A model generated the notes under the pieces. The model worked only from the letters and a program-made list of their open reading frames with translations. It was not told the origin of the DNA and ran no database searches. DNA of 12,081 nt from the NCBI GenBank assembly GCA_029932605.1, contig JAOZPT010000065.1, positions 1 through 12,081 on the forward strand, given 5' to 3'. Shown here piece by piece: positions 1 through 7,646 of the stretch; within the stretch, counting starts at the first letter, position 1, and each line of letters opens with the position of its first letter. The position numbers were made by a program, and so were the translations under genes. This DNA comes from Candidatus Zixiibacteriota bacterium (GTDB lineage Bacteria > Zixibacteria > MSB-5A5 > UBA10806 > 4484-95).

Positions 1-1
1 A

Positions 2-2224
2 CTGCTGGATAACCAGCCACCAACAGCTTACTGCGCCGGTGATACATCGCTGTTTATGTGTGAAATCGAGGAGGTCTGTATTACCGGCTTTGACTGGAGC
101 GACCCGGACGATAATATCGACACAGTTTATGCGCTTGGAGGCACATTAACTGACCATTCTGTTTGCCTAACACCGATTGAGGGTATAAACACGATCACCC
201 TGATATGTGTCGATGAGTGTGGCTTGGCCGATACCTGCTTCACCCAGGTCACCGTCGAGCTAAATAGCCCACCCGAGGTCTCCTGCCCCGGCGATACAAG
301 TGTACCCTTTACAGGTGAACCGGTAGAGATTTGTCTGGGTCCGTTTGAAAGCAGCGATGTAGATGGCAATATCGAAACATGTTCGATATTCCCCGATTCA
401 CTTAGTGGCAATTTCGATGGCACAACTTACTGTTTCACTGCAAGTGATACAGGCACATACATAATCGGATACACCTGTGTCGACTTCTGTGGAGAGGCTG
501 ATACTTGCTTTACCCAGGCTTATGTTTTCTGGCCTGGAACATGTCCGGAGATAATTGACCCTATCGCGGATACAATAAATACGTGCGTATATGAGAATTT
601 CTGCGACACTATCGAGGTTATCGATGAAGATGGCGACTTCATAAATGTTACGGTCAACATCGGCGAGCTGACCGAGCTTGTAAATGAACCAGGTCACTGG
701 CTTGGGATTTACTGTTTCACAGTTCCCGATACGGCTTGCGGACATAATTACAACTATGAGGTCATCATTGAGGCTTCCGATGGCGTATGTAGCGACTACC
801 TCGTTTACGACATCGATGTTCTGGGTGTTGTCGACATGTTCTTTGGCCAAGACGTAGAGATTTTACCAGGCGACATGGGGCGAATTGGATTATACCTAGA
901 TACTCACAACTGTTTATGCGTTGGTGGGCTAAATGCATCAGCCTATTGGGATGCCTCCATATTGGAGTTGATTGAGGTTACTCCCACTGAAAATCTTGAT
1001 TTCGGTAACGAATACCTTAACATCAATATTGGCGCATTTGGTCAGGGAACTGTTAAAATAAGCTATATAGCTGACCTCAATGACCAGAATTACCATGGGC
1101 CGTTATGTGATATCGATCCAGACGAACCTATATTCTGGTTTGATTTCATCTTAGCCCCGGATGACTATCCTACTGATTTCACTATACCGATCTGCTTTAT
1201 CGATAACAATCCAATAAATGACAATAGCGTAACAGATTCAACAGGTTACCATGTTTGGTTCTCTGATGGATGCAGTGACCCGCCTGACAGCAGTCAATTT
1301 GGAACGCTGCTATTAAACCTTGAATGCGGCTATTTCAGAATAATCAACTGTGAGAGCATAGTTATTGGCGACCTTAACTTGAACGGTTTCCCGTTTGAGG
1401 TTGGTGATGCTATAGTGCTGGCAAACTACCTGATTGATCCTGATGAATACCCGCTCACTTTACGGCAAATGTGGGCATCAGATGTTAATGGCGACAGTAT
1501 TCAGGCTTCAATAGCCGATTTAATCTATATCCTCAATGTCACAAGTGGAAATGGTAATAATCCAAAATTAATGCCTCCGTTGAATGCAACTGTGGAATTT
1601 GTTATCAATGATAATAGTGATGGGGAAAGCATCATTAAACTTTCATCGGATATTAAAATCGGCGGATTTGTGTTTGAAATTCCCATTTCGGAAAATGACG
1701 ATGTTGAATTACAGTTTAATAGCGAGCTTGATATGGATATTTTAGTCAATAAGAGCAATGACAACATAAGGATTTGCGTCTATAACTCCAATGGAAAATC
1801 AATTGAAAGCGGAATTACAGAGCTTATGAGAATCAATCACAAAAATATGGGGAAAACCACCATATCCTCGCTGTCGGTATCCGACGCATATGGCAATTTG
1901 GTTGAAGGTCTCGTCAAATACGAGTTACCTCTTCCTGACAAGTTCTACGTAATAGGCAATCATCCCAACCCGTTTAACTCATCAACTACAATTGAGTTTG
2001 CTCTTCCCGTAACCGACATTGTAAATCTGAGAATTTACGACCTAACAGGTCGTTTGGTCGATGATATCAATTGCGGACAACTTGAGGCAGGATATCACCA
2101 CCTTAATTGGAATGGCAAAAACCGGAACGGTAAAGCTGTGACCTCGGGGATTTACTTTGCTAAACTTTTCGCTCTTGGTGAAAGTATGGCCACAGAAACG
2201 ATAAAACTTGTATTGATTAAATAA
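2..2224 (+). CDS. Large secreted/surface modular protein, 5'-truncated: Cys-rich Ig-like repeats, cohesin-like domain, dockerin-like domain, further beta-rich domain, C-terminal FlgD-Ig/T9SS type A-like sorting domain
   Basis: The frame is open from base 2 (LLDNQPPTAYCAGDTSLF precedes the ATG at 56), so the true start is upstream of the window. Repeats begin NQPP and NSPP. The dockerin-like pair is GDLNLNG..D / SDVNGD..D. The C-terminus reads LPDKFYVIGNHPNPFNSSTTIEFALP...IYDLTGRLV...WNGKNRNGKAVTSGIYFAKL...KLVLIK. Confidence 0.88.
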   Translation: MLDNQPPTAYCAGDTSLFMCEIEEVCITGFDWSDPDDNIDTVYALGGTLTDHSVCLTPIEGINTITLICVDECGLADTCFTQVTVELNSPPEVSCPGDTSVPFTGEPVEICLGPFESSDVDGNIETCSIFPDSLSGNFDGTTYCFTASDTGTYIIGYTCVDFCGEADTCFTQAYVFWPGTCPEIIDPIADTINTCVYENFCDTIEVIDEDGDFINVTVNIGELTELVNEPGHWLGIYCFTVPDTACGHNYNYEVIIEASDGVCSDYLVYDIDVLGVVDMFFGQDVEILPGDMGRIGLYLDTHNCLCVGGLNASAYWDASILELIEVTPTENLDFGNEYLNINIGAFGQGTVKISYIADLNDQNYHGPLCDIDPDEPIFWFDFILAPDDYPTDFTIPICFIDNNPINDNSVTDSTGYHVWFSDGCSDPPDSSQFGTLLLNLECGYFRIINCESIVIGDLNLNGFPFEVGDAIVLANYLIDPDEYPLTLRQMWASDVNGDSIQASIADLIYILNVTSGNGNNPKLMPPLNATVEFVINDNSDGESIIKLSSDIKIGGFVFEIPISENDDVELQFNSELDMDILVNKSNDNIRICVYNSNGKSIESGITELMRINHKNMGKTTISSLSVSDAYGNLVEGLVKYELPLPDKFYVIGNHPNPFNSSTTIEFALPVTDIVNLRIYDLTGRLVDDINCGQLEAGYHHLNWNGKNRNGKAVTSGIYFAKLFALGESMATETIKLVLIK
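11..830 (+). repeat. Two clear and one degenerate ~85-95 aa Cys-rich Ig/cadherin/HYR-like protein repeats
   Basis: NQPPTAYCAGDTS vs NSPPEVSCPGDTS; SDPDDNI vs SDVDGNI vs IDEDGD; CVDECGLADTCFTQV (nt 206) vs CVDFCGEADTCFTQA (nt 476), 270 nt apart. Confidence 0.8.
851..1345 (+). other. Cohesin-like domain within the surface protein
   Basis: PGDMGRIGLYLD...VGGLNASAYWDASILELIEV...PIFWFDF matches the cohesin pattern (G-x-V-x-V-P-V...GFxxxIxYDxxxLxxxxV...LFxLxF). Boundaries are approximate. Confidence 0.6.
1367..1549 (+). other. Dockerin-like domain (two Ca-binding loop-helix motifs)
   Basis: GDLNLNGFPFEVGDAIVLANYL...ASDVNGDSIQASIADLIYILNV. Confidence 0.78.
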
Positions 2225-2343
2225 AAATTTCTAATGATCAGAAAGGTGAAAAAGAGAAAGAAAAACTCGAGATACTACAAAGGATTTTAAAAGATATCTA
2301 CTGGGATATTAATTGAATTTCTTCTATGCCTCCTGATTTTTGT

Positions 2344-2369
2344 AGCCCCTTCCTCGGAAGGGGTTTTTT
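2344..2369 (+). terminator. Rho-independent terminator
   Basis: Stem GCCCCTTC / GAAGGGGT with a CTCG loop, followed by a T run, 120 nt after the stop of the surface-protein gene. Confidence 0.88.
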
Positions 2370-2370
2370 A

Positions 2371-2399
2371 TTGATGATTTAATCATATATATCTATAAT
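2371..2399 (+). promoter_or_regulatory. Sigma70-type promoter for the DUF2723 gene
   Basis: TTGATG (2371-2376), 17-nt spacer, perfect TATAAT (2394-2399). It lies immediately after the terminator and 7 nt before the GTG at 2407. Confidence 0.7.
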
Positions 2400-2406
2400 A
2401 CAGCCG

Positions 2407-4605
2407 GTGTTTATTATAAAAAGAATAGAGCCCTTAGCATTAGTTGTTTCGATATTCTGCCTTGCTCTATATATTAAAACACTCTGTCCAACTGTTTATG
2501 TGGGCGATTCCGGTGAATTTAATACGGTTGCTTATACTCTCGGAATAGCACATCCACCAGGATATCCCCTCTATACACTTATCGGCTGGTTGGTCTGCCA
2601 AGTACCGTTTAGAACAATAGCCATAAGGATGAATTTTGCCTCGGCTTTATTTGCCTCGGTCTCGGTGTATATAATTTACCTTCTGATTAAAAGATTGCTA
2701 TCAGCTGGCAATGACAAAACCAGCTTACAGATAAAAATTTTGTCATTATCCGGTGCTTTAATCTGGGGGATGTCAAATACCTTATGGGCAAGTTCAGTGG
2801 GCTCCGAGGTTTACACATTTGGTCTGGCTATTGTCGCCGGTTTTATATATATGTGTGCCAGGTGTCTTGAAAGCTTTAACCCTCGTTATTTTATATTTGC
2901 CATATATCTTCTGGCGCTAGCTCTTACAAATCATCTTTCAGCAATAGCAGTTGTACCTCTGGTATTAATAATTATCCCCATTCAAAAAAACCGCATGAAA
3001 TACCTTCTTATGGCAGTGATAATATTCATTCTTACTCTTACATTATATCTATATATTCCCCTGCGCTCGGCTAATTTCCCATTAATGGATTGGTCTCATC
3101 CGGCAAATTTAAAAGCTCTCATCGACCATATTACCGCCTCAAGGTATAGAGCCTACATAGCCGATTTTTCTATTGTCAATATTCTTATTAATCTTAAACG
3201 ATTTTTCTATATCATCCCCTATGAATTTCCGCTTGCCCCCCTAGGCTTTCTGGGAATTGTTGTTTTAACAAAACGGTCATTCAAGCTCGGTATAGCATTA
3301 ATACTTACAGCCATTATTAACATCACCCTTTCTACCTTGTATGAAATTCCTGATATCGAATCCTATTTCCTCATAACCATCTTTATAACAGTGATAGGGT
3401 TTATCGTTTTTACAAAATTTTGTATTGATATTTTTCAAAGACTGTTTCCAAAAACTAACGCAATTACCTACATAGTATTTATGTTTGTTCTGATTGTTAT
3501 GTTTTTTGAATTAAAGCACAATTATAATGTAAACGATAAAAGCAATACCCGTCTGGCCGAGACATACGCTTTAAATATTTTAAACTCTTTACCAGAAAAT
3601 GCCCTGCTTATCACTGTGGGGTCATCTGCAAGTCCTCCATGCTTGTATTTAAGATATGTTGAGAATAGGCGCTCCGATATCAACCTATATGACCCAATTA
3701 GAAACACTGTTCAACTCGCTCAATCGGCTGGTCTACAGGAAGATATTGGCAACTTCTCAGGAAAGGATGTTGCTTTGGTTGTGCTGAACAGGTGGCCAGA
3801 TAAGGCTTTTCTTGTAAGAGACCATTTGTGGGGTGCGGACAATCCGTTTGATTACAGGAAATTACCTGTCAGCGGATATGGCCTTGTCTATCGATACGGT
3901 AAGAAAGAACCAGCCAATCTATCTATCTGGGAAAAAATGAAAATCCCGCTGATAGATCCCGATACCGCTAATCTTGGATTTATGGAAAAGACTACATTTA
4001 GTAACTATTACCTTGCATGGGGAGAAGACCTTTTAACAGCTGGAAAGAAAAAAGAGGCAAATGAAAAATTCATGGCTGTTGACAGATTAGCCGAGTATGT
4101 GTTCGATCCTGATTTCCATAATGCCCTCGGCATATTCTATCGAAGGCAGGGGCTAAATGATTTAGCCATGAAACAGTATCAGAGGGCTTTGCAATCCTGG
4201 TTCTTACCGTCCTCGGTCAAGGCTGATGTGCTGGTCAATATTGGTAACCTTTACAGAGATAAAAGAAATCTTACATCTGCTAAAGAGAAATACCAGCAAG
4301 CGCTTGAGATTAACAAGAACAACAAAGAGGCAAAATATAACCTGGCGATCACAGATGCATATATAAACCTAAATTCTAAAAAATACAAATCGGCAGTCGA
4401 TAACTTCACCGAAGCCATCAAGATAGACCCTTCCGAACCGATGCTTTATTACAACATTGGCTTAATATATGATTCATTTTTAGCAGACACTGCTTTAGCT
4501 TTGCAATACTATAAATTGTTTTTGAAGCGCGCAAGTGATATACCATTATCGACATCGGTTGCCAAAAGAATTTCCGTTTTGACCGGTGATATGCAAGTAA
4601 ATTGA
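2407..4605 (+). CDS. DUF2723 / TMEM260-like GT-C membrane glycosyltransferase with C-terminal TPRs
   Basis: Family signature LYIKTLCPTVYVGDSGEF...LGIAHPPGYPLYTLIG, plus SEVY, LTNH and LYLYIPLRS motifs. About 10-11 hydrophobic segments. TPRs FHNALGIFYRRQG, VLVNIGNLYRDKR, LYYNIGLIY. GTG start. Confidence 0.9.
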   Translation: MFIIKRIEPLALVVSIFCLALYIKTLCPTVYVGDSGEFNTVAYTLGIAHPPGYPLYTLIGWLVCQVPFRTIAIRMNFASALFASVSVYIIYLLIKRLLSAGNDKTSLQIKILSLSGALIWGMSNTLWASSVGSEVYTFGLAIVAGFIYMCARCLESFNPRYFIFAIYLLALALTNHLSAIAVVPLVLIIIPIQKNRMKYLLMAVIIFILTLTLYLYIPLRSANFPLMDWSHPANLKALIDHITASRYRAYIADFSIVNILINLKRFFYIIPYEFPLAPLGFLGIVVLTKRSFKLGIALILTAIINITLSTLYEIPDIESYFLITIFITVIGFIVFTKFCIDIFQRLFPKTNAITYIVFMFVLIVMFFELKHNYNVNDKSNTRLAETYALNILNSLPENALLITVGSSASPPCLYLRYVENRRSDINLYDPIRNTVQLAQSAGLQEDIGNFSGKDVALVVLNRWPDKAFLVRDHLWGADNPFDYRKLPVSGYGLVYRYGKKEPANLSIWEKMKIPLIDPDTANLGFMEKTTFSNYYLAWGEDLLTAGKKKEANEKFMAVDRLAEYVFDPDFHNALGIFYRRQGLNDLAMKQYQRALQSWFLPSSVKADVLVNIGNLYRDKRNLTSAKEKYQQALEINKNNKEAKYNLAITDAYINLNSKKYKSAVDNFTEAIKIDPSEPMLYYNIGLIYDSFLADTALALQYYKLFLKRASDIPLSTSVAKRISVLTGDMQVN

Positions 4606-4651
4606 AGTGATATTATTTTCAACTAAATCAAAAATTTGTAAATCATAAAAA

Positions 4652-6589
4652 TTAACTTACACCGGCACCTGATTCGATATCCATATCAGTAGTTAAAAGA
4701 ACCAGTTTTTTGCCTGAGGTTGCAGCTAAAAGCATACCGTTTGATTCGATGCCTCGTATTTTAACTGGTTGAAGGTTGACAACGACTATTATTTTTTTAC
4801 CGATTAAATCCTCTGGCGAATAATTTTTTGCGATACCGGCCACGATCTGTCTTTGTTCCTTGCCAATTTTTATCTGAAGTTGTAAGAGCTTATCAGCACC
4901 AGTGACCTTGTCGGCAGAGATCACCTCGGCCACTCTGATATCAGCCTTCTTGAAATCATCAAAAGAGATATATTCTCCCTTTTCAGAATTCTCAGTTTCC
5001 GGTTTTACTTTTTGCAAGCGGGGAAACAGGCTCTCACCAGGTTTAATCTTTGTTCCCGGCTGTAAGTTGCCCCAATCTTTTAATCCGCCCGAAAATAATT
5101 TACTATCGATTTTATGACCTAACTGACTGATAATTTCTTCTGACTTTGAGGGAATAATCGGATGTAGGTAGACAGCGGAAATAAACAAACTCTCAGCCGC
5201 AACGTACAGCACTCTATTGAGCTCGAGTTTGTCATTTTGTTTTGCAAGCACCCAGGGTTTATTATGTTCAATGAAACGATTTATGGAACGGACAAAACTC
5301 ATAATTTTATCAACGGCATTATTAAGTCTGAATGCATTCAACTCTTCTTTAAGTTGTTTGACTTGTAGATAAGGCAATTCATCTAAAGTCTGCTCGGCCT
5401 TTTCCTGTTCGGAAAACTCTGGTATTTTTCCATCACAATCCGGTATCTTACCATCACAATAGGAACTGATCATCTTGACAGTACGTGACAGCAGATTGCC
5501 AAGGTCATTAGCCAGCTCGGAATTATATCTTTTAATAAAACTTTCTTCTGAGAAAGTAGCATCCTGACCAAGAGTCATTTCCCTTATCAGGTAAAAGCGG
5601 AACGGATCGACACCATATTTATCCACCAGGTCAAGCGGTTTGATAACGTTGCCTACAGACTTGGACATCTTGGCCCCTTCCTGAAGCCACCAGCCAGTAG
5701 CGAATATCGTTTTGGGCATCTTATCATCGTCAAAGCCAATAGCCTTTAGCATGCAGGGCCAGTAAACGGCATGCGTGGTAAGGATATCCTTGCCTATCAA
5801 ATGTACCGCTGGCCACCAGTCTTTCTCGAATTCGCCAGTTTCATGGTTGTAGCCGATAGCGGAGATATAGTTAATCAATGCATCAAACCAGACATAACAA
5901 ACATAATCTTCGTCAAACGGCAAAGGGATACCCCAGGAAAGGCGTTTTTTGGGACGGGAGATACAGAGGTCACCCAGCGGTTGTTTTAAAAATCCCAGCA
6001 CCTCATTACGTCGGAAATCGGGTTGAATGAATTGTGGATGATTTTTAATATAATCAACCAGCCAATCCTGGTAAAAGCTCATTCTGAAGAAATAGTTTTT
6101 CTCGGAAAGCCTTTGCACCGGCCGGTTGCATTCGGGGCATTTACCCTCGACGAGGTCTTTCTCGGTCCAGTAACGTTCCTCGTATTTACAATACCAGCCC
6201 TCGTATTCAGCGTCGTATATCTGCGATTGACCAGCCTCGTTTTTTGACTCATAAAGTTTTTTCAAAATAAGAGTAACGACATCTATGTGCCTTTTCTCTG
6301 TGGTGCGAATGAAATCATCGTTTTTTATATTTAGCTTCCGCCAGGTCTCTTTAAAACCTTTAACAATGTCATCACAGTATCGCTGTGGTTCGATTCCTTT
6401 ATTTAATGCGGTATCCTGCAACTTTTGACCATGTTCATCGGTACCGGTGAGAAAATAAGTCGGGTTTCCCAGGAGGCGATGGTATCTGGCAAAGACATCA
6501 GCTAAAACAGTGCAATAAGCATGACCGATATGCGGTTCGTCGTTGACATAGTAAATGGGTGTCGTTATGTAAAATTTCTTCATCTTCAT
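4652..6589 (-). CDS. metG: Methionine--tRNA ligase with C-terminal tRNA-binding (Trbp111-like) domain
   Basis: FYITTPIYYVNDEPHIGHAY, LTGTDEHGQK, YVWFDAL, GKDI, KMSKS, and C-terminal QIVAGI...VNLQPVKIRGIESNGM. The true start may be the second ATG (6583), which is better spaced from the AAGGA SD. Confidence 0.98.
   Translation of the reverse strand: MKMKKFYITTPIYYVNDEPHIGHAYCTVLADVFARYHRLLGNPTYFLTGTDEHGQKLQDTALNKGIEPQRYCDDIVKGFKETWRKLNIKNDDFIRTTEKRHIDVVTLILKKLYESKNEAGQSQIYDAEYEGWYCKYEERYWTEKDLVEGKCPECNRPVQRLSEKNYFFRMSFYQDWLVDYIKNHPQFIQPDFRRNEVLGFLKQPLGDLCISRPKKRLSWGIPLPFDEDYVCYVWFDALINYISAIGYNHETGEFEKDWWPAVHLIGKDILTTHAVYWPCMLKAIGFDDDKMPKTIFATGWWLQEGAKMSKSVGNVIKPLDLVDKYGVDPFRFYLIREMTLGQDATFSEESFIKRYNSELANDLGNLLSRTVKMISSYCDGKIPDCDGKIPEFSEQEKAEQTLDELPYLQVKQLKEELNAFRLNNAVDKIMSFVRSINRFIEHNKPWVLAKQNDKLELNRVLYVAAESLFISAVYLHPIIPSKSEEIISQLGHKIDSKLFSGGLKDWGNLQPGTKIKPGESLFPRLQKVKPETENSEKGEYISFDDFKKADIRVAEVISADKVTGADKLLQLQIKIGKEQRQIVAGIAKNYSPEDLIGKKIIVVVNLQPVKIRGIESNGMLLAATSGKKLVLLTTDMDIESGAGVS
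5417..5458 (-). repeat. In-frame 21-nt tandem duplication in metG (CDGKIPD-CDGKIPE)
   Basis: TGT GAT GGT AAG ATA CCG GAT followed by TGT GAT GGA AAA ATA CCA GAG on the - strand. Confidence 0.85.
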
Positions 6590-6769
6590 TTTCCTTAAAA
6601 GTTAAATTGAATAAACCTTAATTTTATCTGATTAAAAAAAAAGAAATGACAGTTTATATGCACATCAATAACTTAGTCTTATTCAAATCAAACCCAACCT
6701 TGAAGTAATATATAAAAGCGAAAATAATGTTCAAAACCTCCATATTCATTAAACCGTAAAATAAGTATC

Positions 6770-7639
6770 TTAATCCCCGTTTACCTCCATTGCGACCTGT
6801 GGGTCAGTTTCAGTCAACTTAAATTTCCCTCTTTTCAAGGCTCTTCTGTATTCATCCAGGCTGATAGTGCGCTGGATGCCATCGTCGAATCTTAAAACGA
6901 TCTGCTCACGAAATATGTTGCATTTATCGACCTGGCAGTCAGTATCTTCAAAACGACATCTACTGCCGACCGGTGGATAGTCTGGTTGAACCGATTCATA
7001 AAACTCCTGTTCATATCGCAAACAACATAACAGCCTACCGCAATTTCCGGATATTTTCTGCGGATTAAGGGCCAAACTCTGAAGGCGCGCCATCTGTGTT
7101 GATATCGTCTTAAACTCGCATAGGAAACTTGAACAGCACTGGGGCTTGCCGCAAATCCCAAAACCGCCAAGCCTTTTAGCCTCGTCACGGACACCAATCT
7201 GGCGAAGTTCGATTCGAGTTCGTAAAGTTGCCGCTAAATCCTTCACCAGCTCCCGGAAATCAACCCGTTTTTCAGCAGTAAAATAAAACGTTATCTTGTT
7301 GCAATCAAATTGATACTCGACATCGACTAACTTCATCTTCAATCCGTGCTTTTCTATGAATTTTAAACACTCTCCCTTAGACTCTTCCTCCTTCTGGCGA
7401 TTGAATTTTAGTCGTTCAAGGTCATTTTTGGTTGCCTGCCGATATATTTTCATCGGCTTATCGTTACTTTCACATTCTCTGGGACAGGCTACCCTTCGCA
7501 CCAACCCTATATCCTCGCCACGCTCAGCCTGGACGATAACATATGCTCCAGACTCAATCGCCATATCATCCGGAGCACTATAAACCTGACGGCGGTTTCC
7601 TTTAAATTCTACCACGTATTCCAAAATTTCTTCTCCCAA
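6770..7639 (-). CDS. ricT: PSP1-domain Fe-S protein, RicT/YaaT (stage 0 sporulation) family
   Basis: MKLVDVEYQFDCNKITFYFTAEKRVDFRELVKDLA...RIELRQIGVRDEAK, GICGKPQCC and ISGNCGRLLCCLRYE. Canonical position between holB and metG. Start uncertain: TTG 7639, or TTG 7624 which has a GGGAG SD. Confidence 0.93.
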   Translation of the reverse strand: MGEEILEYVVEFKGNRRQVYSAPDDMAIESGAYVIVQAERGEDIGLVRRVACPRECESNDKPMKIYRQATKNDLERLKFNRQKEEESKGECLKFIEKHGLKMKLVDVEYQFDCNKITFYFTAEKRVDFRELVKDLAATLRTRIELRQIGVRDEAKRLGGFGICGKPQCCSSFLCEFKTISTQMARLQSLALNPQKISGNCGRLLCCLRYEQEFYESVQPDYPPVGSRCRFEDTDCQVDKCNIFREQIVLRFDDGIQRTISLDEYRRALKRGKFKLTETDPQVAMEVNGD

Positions 7640-7646
7640 AGGTAAA

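Noticed and set aside
206..520. Nucleotide-level repeat pair as a possible DGR template/variable region
   Set aside because: Differences are mostly synonymous third-position changes, not adenine-specific, and no reverse transcriptase is present in the window.
2234..2290. 18-codon basic ORF MIRKVKKRKKNSRYYKGF before the terminator
   Set aside because: No SD, and its composition simply reflects an A-rich 3' UTR.
4606..4651. Bidirectional terminator between the convergent DUF2723 gene and metG
   Set aside because: No convincing stem-loop in the 46-nt gap.
6590..6769. Possible T-box or SAM riboswitch upstream of metG
   Set aside because: The region is very AT-rich with no T-box (GGTGGNACC) or S-box core motif, and no GC-rich hairpin precedes the T9 tract.
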